DNA of 64,000 bases from the NCBI RefSeq assembly GCF_030684315.1, contig NW_026728203.1, positions 1 through 64,000 on the forward strand, given 5' to 3'. The position numbers and the translations under genes are program-made. Numbering within the stretch: the stretch's first letter is position 1; each line of letters opens with the position of its first letter. Source of the stretch: Stegostoma tigrinum (taxonomy: Eukaryota). This document shows positions 42,322 through 61,513 of this stretch, piece by piece. Under the pieces are notes generated by a model, which did no database searches, was not told the DNA's origin, and saw only the letters and a program-made list of their open reading frames with translations.

Positions 42322-43877
42322 TTCCCACATATCATCTGCCCTTGTCCGATGGAAAGTAGTTACGGTTTTAAGAAGTTGGCTGAGGAGCTTTGGTGGATTC
42401 CTACAGCATTTGGTACATGGTATATATTGCAGTCTCTGCGTATGTCAGTGGTGGAAGGATAGACGAAAGTGGCTGCTCGTTTGCTGGAGGCTGTCAACAT
42501 TCTGGAGTGTTAGACTGACACCTGTAATCCTGATACTGTCTGACTTGACAGAATTTCATGCACATCATTCTCTTTCCAGAAGAGATGGTCCAAACAAGCC
42601 TCTTCTGGTTCACTAATGTCCTTGTTCGTAAGAAACTGCCATCCTTACCTGATCGGGCCTTTGCGTAACGCCACAGGCAGAGCAAAGGGGTTTAATTTGA
42701 ATTACTCATGGGCTGGGTGGGTAATCAGAGATGGATAATAAATGCTGCCTGTCAGTGATAGCCTGATCCTGTTAAAGCACTTACACAAACCAGTCACATT
42801 GTAATTCAGGGCTGATTGATAGTGATTAGGCCACCACAGTGCACTGTTTGGAGTCACAGGTCAGCCAGATCAGCTCTCCTGCTGAAGATTAATAAACGTA
42901 AAAATTGGAACTGCCGATTCTGCACATGGTATTTGTATTTTAGCTTGATTTTCCACCAGGCATCCTCAGTATTTGTCACCTCTTCGTTGCAGGGTAATAA
43001 TAGAAATTATCACACAGGGAACGAGGTGGGCACCGCTTCATTCGCATGGCCGTTCCTAGACGTTAGCATTCTAAGAGAAGGTAGATTTTTCCTTCTCCTA
43101 CATGTATAAAGGAAATACTGAAGAAACTAATTCCCTAGCTCTGGGAACAATGACATGAGCAATTGCTTATGTCAAAGAAAAAAAGAGACTGTGGAAAAGC
43201 ATTGTATCTTAGTCTTGTAAGGAGGAATTTTACAAACTACTAAAATCACTAACATCTAGGCATGAGAACAAATTGCTGGAAAACACCTCACTGTCAGGCA
43301 ACAAAGTCAATCAAGAGATGATTGAGTGTCTCATGTCCAGGTTCTGTTCAACCCTTCTCCCTACCAATGCTGCCCAACCTGAGATTTCCCAGCAGGTTGT
43401 GTTCCTGGTTTCCAGAATCTCCTTATTTAAAAGAGATGCAAACACATGGCCAAGGACAGTGCATTAGATCAGTGCCTACCCTTTAGGCAAAGGAATGATT
43501 TCAGTCAGTGTATTGATTAGAAGCTGGTCCTGCAAACTTGTCCCTGTGAGTACATGTCAGTAATGCTGATTTATCTGTCAACAACCTTACCAGTTATGGA
43601 ATTTCCAATTAAAGGATTGCCCACTCAATCCCCAGATACAGCAGAATCAAACACTGATCAAGGTACTGGGGCAGGCATTGAATCAAAAGCTTGTCACAAA
43701 GAACAAAGGATTGATGATCAGACATTAAAACACAAAAAGCTCCAAGAACCAGAAGCTATGAAAATTACACACTGTGCTCAGTTCCATGGTGAACACTATT
43801 TTAATTTGCTCAGAGCACAACTAGTCATTTAGTAGAATGAGGTCACCTTGTACAACAGATATAGATATTGACCCCAT

Positions 43878-45087
<1,210 letters not shown>

Positions 45088-45204
45088 CCGTGGGGAAGAG
45101 AAAGGCAGGAAAGGGAAACATATCTGATGTTAATCAATGGCACTCCTCAATCAGAAACTAACCTGGTCACTATCTTGACTCCACATTTAAGAACAAAGAA
45201 AATC

Positions 45205-45718
45205 ACAGCACAGGAACAGGCCCTTCGGCCCTCCAAGCCTGCACCGATCGAGATCCTGTGTAAGTCTGTCATCTCTTTTCTAGGGTCAGTATCCCTTTGC
45301 TCCCTGCCCATCCATGTACCTGTCCTGATACATCTTAAAAAGACACTTGCGTGACTTCGTCTACCACCTCCACAGGCAAAGTGTGCCAGGCACCCTCCAA
45401 CCTCTGCGTAAAGAGCTTGCCACACATCCACATGATAAATTGCCCGTAGCGTTCAGAAGTGTGGGGGGTTTTGGTGGGATGCTTCAAGGGCCAGTGTGGA
45501 CATTTTTGGCTTAAAGGGCCTGTTTCCACACTGTAGGCAATCTAACCAAATCCCCTCTAAACTTTGCTCTTATTTTGAACTCATGACTCCGAGTCATTGA
45601 ATCCCCGACTCTGGGAAAAAGCTTCTTGCTATTCACCTTGTCTATAGTTCTCATGATTTTGTTGACCTCAGTCAGGTTCCCCCCCGACCCCATCACCCTT
45701 CTAATGAAGATAATCTTA
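45205..45718 (-). mobile_element. CR1 fragment with nested SINE piece, same insertion as 12458-13098, cut by a deletion
   Basis: acagcacaggaacaggcccttcggccc tail; same nested insert ending gggcctgtttccacactg. Confidence 0.75.
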
Positions 45719-45739
45719 AATGCATTCATCTTTTATGTT

Positions 45740-46915
45740 ATAGAACAGAGAACATGACAGCACAGTACAGGCCCTTCGGCCCTTGACGTTGTGCCGACCT
45801 GTCATACCGATCTGAAGCTCATCTAACCTACACTATTCCATGTACGTCCATATGCTTGTCCAATGACAACTTAAACGTACTTAACGTTGGTGAATCTCCT
45901 ACCGTTGCAGGCAAAACGTTCCACACCCTTGCTATTCTCTGAGTAAAGAAACTACCTCTGACATCTGTCGTATATCTTTCACCCCTCAATTTAAAGCTAT
46001 GCCCCTCGTGCTCGCTGTCTCCGTCTTGGGAAAAAGGCTCTCCCTATCCAACCTGTCTAACCCTTTGATTATCTTAGATGTCTCAATTAAGTCACCTCTC
46101 AACCTTCTTTTCTCTAACGAAAACAGCCTCAAGTCCCTCAGCCTTTGCTCGTAAGACTTTCCCTCCATACCAGGCAACATCCCAGTAAACCTCCTCTGCA
46201 CCCTTTCCAAAACTTCCACATCCTTCTTATAATGCGGTGACCAGAACTGTACGCAATGCTACAAGTGCGGCCGCACAAGAGTTTTGTACAGCTGCAGCAT
46301 AACCTCTTGGTTCCGGAACACGATCCCTGTATTCATAAAAGCTAAAACACTGTATGCCTTCTTAACAACCCTGTCAACCTGGGTGGCAACTTTCAAGGAT
46401 CTGTGTACATGGTCACCGAGATCTCGCTGCTCATCTACACTACCAAGAATCTTACAGTACTTTGCCTTCCGGTTCCTCCTACCAAAGTGCATCACCTCAC
46501 ACTTGTCGGCATTAACCTCCATTTGCCACCTCTCAGCCCAGCTCTGCAACTTATCCACGTCTCTCTGTAACCTACAACATTCTTCGTCACTACCCACATC
46601 TCCACCGACCTTAGTGTCATCTGCAAATTTACTAACCCATCCTTCTACGTTTATAAAAATGACAAACAGCAGTGGACCCAACACGGACCCTTGCGGTACA
46701 CCGCGAGTAACCGGTCTCCAGGATGAACATTTCCCATCAACCACCACCCTGTCTTCTTTCAGCAAGCCAATTTCTGATCCAAACTGCTATATCTCCCACA
46801 ATCCCATTCCTCCGCATTTTGTACAATAGCCTACTGTGGGGAGCCTAATCGAACGCCTTGCCGAAATGCATATACACCACATCAACCGGTTTACTCTCAT
46901 CTACCTGTTTGGTCA
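45740..46915 (-). mobile_element. 5'-truncated CR1, paralogous copy of the 29435-30596 insertion
   Basis: Same TATGTT duplication, same internal deletions (FINVEGW, KYCKILG); ORFs 46259-46765 and 45986-46219. Confidence 0.9.
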
Positions 46916-49001
46916 TATGTTCCAATGGGAAAGTGATTGGCAACATCAACATCTTACCGAATAAATATCTAACTGCTCATTCACATATTATCCTTTCCAA
47001 AAAGCAGCTGTTTTTTGCTTTATCATGGATGATTTACTTCTACTGCTAGGAATGTAATCATATTCCCCCCTCTCAGTCCTGGATGTGAATTGAAAAGAAG
47101 CAGGATCTCTCTATCTACCCTGTCAAATCCATGAATCCACTTGTAAATTCCAAGCACAGACATCCCGTCCACTTCTACATCGAGGGACTTGGGAAAACGA
47201 TTATCATCGTAGCCAATTAACTTTCTGCCCAGGTTCATTCCAGAAATTCTGTGCATAAGCATCTTTGGATTGAACCTACTAGAACCATGCACTCGAGATG
47301 GAGTTGAGCTAGAACTTGACAATTTCACAAAAGGCGGCCCAGCCAGAGGTATTTGACCCGCTCGGAGATCACACCCACCATGAGAGAATGGGGTGGCTTT
47401 CCTTCTTTAATTGCTGTAGTCAGATCCACAATGTTCCTAGTGAGGGAATTCCAGGATTCTGATCCACCAACACTGGAGAATGGGGTGTTGTGTTTCCAAC
47501 TCAGGATGGCAGGTAGCTTGATGGAGAACTTAGAGGGGGTGGTTTTCCCCTGTATCAGATGCCTTTCTCCCATGGCAAGTAATTAGGGCTTTGGAAAGTA
47601 TTCTCAGGAGCTTTGGTGGATTTCTCCAGCTTTTGGGAGGCGGTACACAGTGTACTCCGTGTGTGTCAGTGGTGCAAAGAATGCATCTAGTGGCTGCTGG
47701 AGGCCATCAAGTTTCTGGAGTGGTGGAATGATCTCCTAATTCTGTGCGACAACTCTCTGGAGTTCTAGAATTAAGAAGCTGATGAGGAGCATTATATTCA
47801 GTGTCAAAAACCCATCCTTACCTGGCCTGCGTATGACGCTGCAACCACAGCCACGTGTGTGACTCTGACCTGGCCTTGGGGACAATGAGCAATGGATAAA
47901 TAAATGGTGTCAGCTCAGAGACATCCTCATCCTTTAAATAAAGGAAACTGTCACCCCTGAGCACCAGTAATTAGGCAGCCATAGCACATTGCAGGTGGAG
48001 GTACATGCCGGTCAGCGTACATCAGGAGAGCTTATTTCCTTGCTAAGCACACAAACTGCTGCTTTCTGCTAGTGGCATTTGCATTCTAGCTTTATTTTTA
48101 CTAGGTGTCCTGAGCCTTTGGCATCTCTACATTGCAGAGCAATGATAGAAGTTCTACCACAGGGGCTCCAAGGTGGGCACTGCTGCATTACATAATGAGG
48201 ATCATTGTCTAGAAGCAGAAAGACTGATACACGAGAAAACAAATTTTGCCATTCTCCTACAATCAGGCAGTGCCCTTACTCCTTCCCCCACTGCAGCAAA
48301 AGAGAGTAAACTATTTCCCAGCTCTGGAAACAATTGCTTATCTAAAGTGCTAAAGATCAGTGCATCTTAGATGCTGGATGTTCCACTATATATTCCTGTT
48401 CAAAAGAGTGAAAGTATGCTCAAATTGCTAGATTTGAAGTGCGACAAAAAAATTGCTGGAAAGCCTCACAGGTCTGGCAACATCTGTCACGAGATGTGAC
48501 TGTATCTTGGGTCCTGGGACTGAGAACAGTTCTCTCCACAGATGCTCCCCAAACCTGCTATTTCCTGCCCCTGCTTATTTACAAAAGAGACTTGAACATT
48601 GCCAAGGGCAGTGTCTAACATTGAGACAGGGGGCTGGTTTCACTGAAGATATTGACTAGAAGCTGGTTTGGAATAAAAAAGTCAACACAACACTGCTTAC
48701 TAGCCAAAAACCCAAATTGAACACTTGTGGAATTTCCACTGCAAGGATTGCCCACCTAATTCCTACAAACAAGTGAAGAGAAAAGGAGCAGACGACTGGG
48801 GCAGGAATTGAATCAAAGGTTAATCAGAACAGAAAAGGAATTAATGATCAGGTGTCAAACAGCAATACCAAGAGCCAGAAGCAGCTGTGAAATTATACAA
48901 AGTACTCAGTTCCATGGTGAACACTATTTTAATTTGCTCAGAGCACAACCAAGTTACTAGCATTATGTCACCATGTACAACAGACACATTATTGACCTCA
49001 C

Positions 49002-51397
<2,396 letters not shown>

Positions 51398-51715
51398 CTT
51401 CACTATTCCTGCTCACAAGCACCAAGAAAACTCTAGAACTAAGTCTCTCTCTCCCCAGGCTCTTGTATTTATAGTCCTGGGACCATCCTGCAGTCACACA
51501 GAGAGAGGCAGAACTGATGATGACTGACAGTTGCTGGTGGCCAATCAGGTACCACCCCTGCATACAGGCACCAATGAGAGAGAGGGGGAGGGTGTGTTAA
51601 GCAGAGCTGATCAGAGGTGGAGATGAGAGTCAGGTCTGGATGGTTATTCTGTGATTGGAACAGCAGGAGGCCATTCGGCATCTCAAACCTTCTGCAGCAC
51701 TCAATCAGGTCATAG
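51398..51715 (-). promoter_or_regulatory. 5' UTR and promoter of gene 7
   Basis: TATAAATA at 51466-51473; TGACTGACAG and CCAAT boxes conserved. Confidence 0.72.
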
Positions 51716-54700
51716 ATCATTTGGTTCTTTTCTAAAAGAAGTCAATTTGGTTTCAAAAAAGTTACACATTTTTTAAAAATTAAGGTGGTTGTGACCAAAT
51801 GCACGAGGGATTCAATGAGGAAGAGGGGCATCCGTTTCTCAGCTTGTTGTGCTGGGATTTGGGAAAGAAGGGTGGGAAATTGTCTCTGGGTCATAGAAAA
51901 ATTATAACAGTGTCTGCTGTGGAAAAGACAGGAAGGATGTTCCTGATTATGGGGGAGGCCAGGACCAGGGTTTGCAATCTAAGGATACGTTTAGGACTGA
52001 GGTGAGGAGAAATCTCTTCACCTCGGGGGGCGAAGTGGTGGAACCTGTGGAATTCTCTGCCACAGAAAAGGATTGAAGCCAAAACAGGAATTGGGGAGAG
52101 CTTTGAGGGCTGGATCAAAGGGGATTGCAGAGAGGGTGAGAATATGGTGCCGAGTTATGGAATCAGCCACAATCACATGGAATGGCAGAGCCGGCTGGAA
52201 GGGATGAATGGCCGACTCAACATTTCTTTTCTATGATCCTATGTTTCTGCAACCAGCGCAGCTAGGGTCTTGTGGTTTAGGGGTAATGTCCCTAGCTGTG
52301 GACCAGGAGGCCTTGGTACAAGTTCCTACCAGATACAGAGCTCTTAAATCATCTCTACAGGCAGATTTAGAAAACAACCAGAACAGGTACAGGCACAAAG
52401 AACCGAATGGCCTCCTGCTGTGCCATAACAATTCTCCGATTCTGTGGCGGGTCTGTACCTGAGCAGAATCTCCCTGCCTCCAGCTCCTGCCTGTGGATTG
52501 TCACCTCGCAGTGATGGAAAGCCTCGAGTGTTCTGTTGGTTCTGAGAGGGATACCTGAGGAGGATTTCACCTCCTGGCAGGGCCACCCTGGACGGTACGA
52601 TCGAGGGGAGGCTCCTGATAAGGTGCAATGCAAAACCAGTCCCCAGCGGCCATCCAGGTGGAAGATAGGTGTGTGCGATCGTTGGCTGTGACAGTGGGTG
52701 TTGGCCAGCAGTGGGGGGATCCCCAGTCAACATTTCTTTGCCAGTGGAACTGGGCCTACCTTGTGTAAAGGACCATGTCTCTGCTGATGTGTAACAGCTT
52801 TCCCACATTCAAGGTGCCTTCTACAGGTGGAATTCAAACCCCGTCCCCAAACTCTCAGAATTTCCTGGGTGGAAATTCAGAGCGTTCTTCACAACAGGAG
52901 GCCGTTCAGCCCACCGTTCCTGTATTAGCTTCTGAAAGAGCTACCTGATTAGTCCCACTTTCCAGCCCTATCTCTGTCCCTCTCTAAATTCGTCACTTCC
53001 AAGGACATATCCAACTCTTGTTTTGAAACCACCCATGGAATCTACCTCCGTCACTCTTCCAGGCAGCACATTCCAAATCCGAACAACTTTCTGAGCAAAG
53101 AGGTTTCTTCCCATTTCACTCTGATCTCCCCTACTGACAAACTGTGACCCCTCGTCACTGACAAGTCAACTGCTGAAATCAGAATATCCTTTTTACTCTA
53201 TCAAAACTGTTCATAGTTTTGATCATGTCAACAAGGTCACCTGTAAGGAGATTTAGCCCATTTTCCTTCATCTTTCTGTGTATCTAAAATTCCTCATTCC
53301 TGGGGTCATTCTAATAAATCTCCTTTGAACTCTTTTGAGGTTTTTCATGTCGTGCCTTGAATGCCATGCCCAGAACTGAGTACATAATGGAAATGTGGTC
53401 TAACCAATGATTTGTACAGGTGCAATATCAATTCATTGCTTTTATTCTCGATGCCTCAATTTGAAAACACAAGGTTCACATAGGTGGCTCAATCTCCATT
53501 AATAACAGCTTCATCCTGCCTGACCACTTTCAGATAATCGCATACTTGAAACCGAAAGCCTCTGAGCTCCTGTACTCACATCAGATTTGTAACATCGAGC
53601 CTGTTTTGTCTTTCTGTGTTTCTTGGACAAAAATGCATTACTCACTTTTTTTTTTATGTCTTGAAATTGGAAAGTGATTGGCAACATCAAGCCTTGTGCA
53701 GTAAATATCTGTGCGTGCAAATGTTGTCCTTTCCACAAAGTAACTGTTTTTGACATGATCCTGGATGATGTAGTTCTCATGTGAAGATTGTCATCCCATT
53801 CTACGCACAGTCCGAGATGATCATTGAGAAGAAATGGGTTCTTTCCTCTCTACCCTGTCAAATCCGTTAGTCCTCTGAACAATATCAGTTACAGCCATCC
53901 CTTAACCTTCTACACAGAGGGACTGGACAAGCCATTATGATGAATTAACCATCTCTCTGTCCAGGTTACTTCCAGAAATTCTGTGCATGACCATTGTCGG
54001 GGTCGTACCTGCCAGAACTGTGCACTCCGGCTGTGGTTGAACAGGAACTTGACAATTTCACCAATACCTCTCCATCCAGAGGTATTTGAACCCCTCAGAG
54101 ATCAGGGCTAACATTAGTTTAGAGAACGTGGTGACTTTCCTTCTTGCGTTACTGTTGCCCATTTGGTGTAGGCAAAGCCATACTGCTGTTAGGGAGGGAA
54201 TGTGGGGCTATGTTTCCAACGCCAGATGAGCAGTGGCTTAGTGTAGAACGTGGAGAGGCATGGTGTTCCCACATTTCTGCGGCCCTTGTCCGATGGAAAG
54301 TAGTTATGGTTTTAAGAAGTTGTCTGAGGAGCTTTGGTGGATTCCTACAGCATTTGGTAGATGGTATATATTTTGCAGTCTCTGCGTATGTCAGTGGTGG
54401 AAGGATTGACTAAAGTGGCTGCTCGTTTGCTGGAGGCTGTCAACATTCTGTAGTGTTAGACTGCTACCTGTTTTCCTGATTCTGTCTGACATCACTGAAT
54501 TTCCTGCACATCATTCTCATTCCAGAAGTGATGGTGCAAACAAGCCTCTAGTTCACTAATGTCCTTGTTTGTAAGAAACTGCCATCCTTACCTGCTCTGG
54601 CTTATGTGTAACCCCACGGCCACAGCAAAGGGGTTTAATTTGAATTACTCATGGGCTGGGTGGGTAATCAGAGATGGATAATAAATGCTGCCCGTCAGTG

Positions 54701-55814
54701 ATAGCCTGATCCTGTTAAAGCACTTACACAAACCAGTCACATTGTAATTCAGGGCTGATTGATCGTGATTAGGCCCCCAGCGTGCACTGTGTGGAGTCAC
54801 AGATCAGCCAGTCGACAGCAGGCGATCTGATCTGCTTGAAAATTGAAACTGCTGATTTCTGCACATGCTCGTTGCATTTTAGCTTGCTTTTGCACCAAGC
54901 ATCCTCAGTATTTGTCACCTCTTCGTTGCAGGGTAATAATAGAAATTATCACACAGGCAACAAGGGGGGCACTGCTTCATTCCCAACGCAGTTCCTCATC
55001 ATCTTTAGCATTGTAAGACAAGGTAGATGTTTCCTTTCTCTTACATGTAAGGAGATACTGAAGAAACTAATTCCCTAGCTCAGGGAAGAGTGCAATAAGC
55101 AATTGCTTATGTCAAAGAAAAAAACTGCGGAAAAGCATTCTATCTTACTCTTTGGGAGGAGGAATTTTACGATTTACGAAAATGAGTAACACCAAGGCAT
55201 TAGAACAAATTGCTGGAAAACACCTCACTGTCAGGCAACAAAATCAAACAAGAGATGATCACGTGTCTCATGGCCAGGTTCTGTTCAACCCTTCTCCCTC
55301 CCAATGCTGCCAAACCTGAGATTTCCCAGCAGGTTTTGATCCTGGTTTCCAGAATCTGCTTATTTAAAAAGAGACCCAAACACATGACCAAGGGCAGTGC
55401 ATTAGATCAGTGCCTACCCTTTAGGCAAAGGACTGATTTCAGTCAGTGCATTGATTGGAAGCTGGTCCTGCAAACTTGTCCCTGCGGGTAGATGTCAGTA
55501 ATGCTGACTTATCTGTCAACAACCTTACCAGTTATGGAATTTCCAATAAAAGGATTGCCCACTCAATCCCCAGACACAGCAGAATCAAACACTGAGCAAG
55601 TTACTGGGGCAGGCATTGAATCAAAGAATGTCACAAAGAACAAAGGATTGATGATCAGACATGACAGCACAAAAAGCTCCAAGAACCAGAAGCTATAGAA
55701 ATTACACACTGTACTCAATTCCATGGTGAATACTATTTTAATTTGCTCAGAGCACAACTAGTCATTTAGTAGAATGAGGTCACCATGTACAACAGATATA
55801 GATATTGACCCCAC

Positions 55815-58208
<2,394 letters not shown>

Positions 58209-58530
58209 CTTCACTATTCCTGCTCACAATCACAAGGACAACTCTGGAACAAAGGCCTCAATCCCCAAAGCTGTTGTGTTTCTACTCCTGAGACAACCGG
58301 CACTCACCCAGAGGGAGACCGAACTGATGATGACTGACAGTTGCTGCTGGCCAATCAGGAACCACCCCTGCATACAGGCACCAATGAGAGAGAGGGGGAG
58401 GGTGTGTTAAGCAGAGCTGATCAGAGGTGGAGATGAGAGTCAGGTCTGGATGGTTATTCTGTGATTGGAACAGCAGGAGGCCATTCGGCATCTCAAACCT
58501 TCTGCACCACTCACTCAGGTCATAGGTCAT
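58209..58530 (-). promoter_or_regulatory. Promoter of gene 8, TATA box degenerate
   Basis: TAGAAACA at 58277-58284, as in gene 3. Confidence 0.65.
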
Positions 58531-60323
58531 TTGGTTCTTTTTTAAAAGAAGTAAATATGGTTTGAGAAAAGATTGCTCGTTTTGTTTTTAAATTATGGTG
58601 GTTGTGATCAACTGCAGAAGGGACTCATTGAGGAAGGGGAGTGTCAGTTTCTCAGCCTGTTGTGCTGGGATTTGGGAAAGAAAGGTGGGAAATTGGCTCG
58701 GGGTCATCGAAAATTGTCATAGTGTCAGCTGTGGAAAAGACAGGAAGGATGTTCCTGATGATGGAAAAGTTTAGGATCAGGGGTCACAGCCTAAGGACAC
58801 ATTTAGGACTGAGATGAGGAGAAATCTCTTCACCGAGAGAGTGGGGGTCCTGTGGAATTCTGTGCCACAGAAAACATTTGAGGCCAAAACTTTGAATGTT
58901 TTCCAGGAGCAGTTGGGTGTAGCTTTGAGGGCTGAAGGGATCAAAGAGTATGGAGAGAGAGTGGGAAGATGGGACTGAGTTATGGAATCAGCCACAATCA
59001 CATGGAATGGCAGAGCAGTCTGGAGGGGGCTGAATGGCCGAATCCAACAATTTTTTTTCGATGATTCTAAGTTTGTACAACCAGTGCAGCCAGGGTATTG
59101 TGATGCAGGGGTAATGTCCCTAGCTGTGGACCAGGAAGCCTTGGTCCAAGTCCATACCAGATCCAGAGATTTTGTAACATCTCTACAGGCAGAATTAGAA
59201 AACAACCAGAACAGGTACAGGCACAAAGGACCGAATGGCCGCCTGCTGTGCCACAACAATTCTCCGATTCTGTGATGGGTCTGTACCTGAGCAGCATCTC
59301 CCTGCCTCCAGCTCCTGCCTGTGGATTGTCACCTCGCAGTGATGGAGAGCCTCGAGTGTTCTGTTGGTTCTGAGAGTGATACCTGAAGAGGATTTCACCT
59401 CCTGGCAGGGCCACCCAGGACAGTACGATCGAGGGGAAGGTCCTGGTAAAGTGCAATGCAAAACAAGTTCCCAACGGCCATCCAGGTGGAAGATAGGCGT
59501 GTGCTATCGTTGGCTGTGACGGTGGGTGAAGGTCAGCAGTTGGGGGATCCCCAGTCAACATTTCTTTGCCAGTGGAACTGGGTCTACCTTGTGTAAAGGA
59601 CCATGTCTCTGCTGATGTGTAACAGCTTTCCCACATTAAAGGTGCCTTGTACAGGTGCCCACTGAGAGGAGTACAAAGGCCCTCTCCAAACTCTGAGAAT
59701 TTCCTGGGGGAACATGCAGAGGATTTTTAATGATAGGAAGCCATTTGGCCCATCGTGCCTGATTCAGCTTCTGAAAGCATTCCACACCCAGCCCCACTCT
59801 CCAGCCCTATGTCTGTATCCCTCTAAATTTGCCACTTCCATATATGTATACAGCTGCTTTTCTAAAGCCACCTACGGAATCTGCGTCCATCACTCCTGTC
59901 AGCTACGCATACCAAACCCTACCAACTTTCTGAGTGAAGAGGTTTCTCCTCCTCTCACTGTGAGCTCCCTCACTGACAAATTGTGACCCCTCGTCACTAA
60001 CGTATCCACTGGTGAAAACAGAATATCCCCCTTTACCCTGACAGAATTGGTGATAATTTTGATCACTTCAACAAGTGCTCCTTGCTCCAAGGAGAATAAG
60101 CGCTATTTCTTTAATCTTTCCGTGTGTCTGAAATTCCCCATTCCAGGTGTCATTATTATAAATCACCTTTGAACTCTGTCCAGTGCTTGCATGCCCTTCC
60201 TTAAAAGCCACGCCCAGAACTGAGCACATCACTGCAAATGTGGTCTAACCAATGAGTTGTAGAGGGGTATCATCAATTCCTTGCTTTTATGCTCGATGCC
60301 TCAATTTGAAAACACAAGGTTCA

Positions 60324-61513
60324 TAGAACAATACAGCGCAGAACGGGCCCTTCGGCCCTCGATGTTGCGCCGACCTGTGAGCTAATCCAAGCCCCACCTC
60401 CTACACAATCACGTCACCATCCATATGCTTATTCAAGGACTGTTTAAATGCCCCTAACGTGGCTGAGTTAACTACATTGGCAGGCAGTGCTTTCCACGCC
60501 CTTACCACTCTCTGAGCAAAGAACCTGCCTCTGACAAATGTCTTAAATGTATCACCCCGCAATTTGTAGCTATGCCCCCCTTGTACAAGTTGAAGTCATC
60601 ATCCTCGGAAAAAGACTCTCACTGTCCACCCTATCTAATCCTCTGATCATCTTGTATGTCTCTATTAAATCCCCTCTTAGCCTACTTCTCTCCAATGAGA
60701 ACAGATCCAAGTCCCTCAGCGTTTCTTCATTGGGCCTGCGCTCCAGACCAGGCAACATCCTGGTAAATCTCCTCTGCACCTTTCCCAATGCTTCCACATC
60801 CTTCCTGTAATGGGGTGACCAGAACTGCACGCAATATTCCAAATGAGGCCGCACTAGCGTTTTGTACAGTTGCAGCATGACATCACGGCTCCGGAACTCA
60901 ATCCCTCTACCAATAAAACCTAACACACGGTAAGCCTTCTTATCAGCATTATCAACCTGGTGACAACTTTCAGGGATCTATGTACATGGACACCAAGATC
61001 CATCTGCACATCCACACTGCCAAGAATCTTTCCATTGACCCGGTATTCTGCCTTCCTGTTATTCCCCCAAAATTGAATCAACTCACATTTATCTGCATTG
61101 AACTCCATTTGCCACCTTTCAGCCCAATTCTGCAGTTTATCCAAGTCTCCCTGCAACGTGCAACATTCTTCCACACCGTCCACCACTCCACCGACTTTAG
61201 TGTCATCTGCAAACTTACTAACCCATCCACCTATGCCTGCGTCCAAGTCATTTATAAAAATGACAAACAGCAGTGGTCCTAAAGCAGATCCTTGAGGCAC
61301 ACTACCAGTGACCTGACTCCAGGCTGGATATTTTCCATCAACCACCACTCGTTGCCTTCTTACAGAAAGCCAGTTTCTAATCCAAACTGCTAAATCTCCC
61401 TCAATCCTCTGCCTCTGTATTTTCTCCAATAGCCTACCATGTGGAACCTTATCAAAGGCTTTACTGAAGTCCATGTACACCACGTCAACTGCCCTTCCCT
61501 CATCCACATGCTT
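60324..61513 (-). mobile_element. 5'-truncated CR1, duplicate of 22239-23428
   Basis: Same GGTTCA flanks; RT frame broken by a 1-bp loss near 60958 and a 1-bp gain near 60577. Confidence 0.92.
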
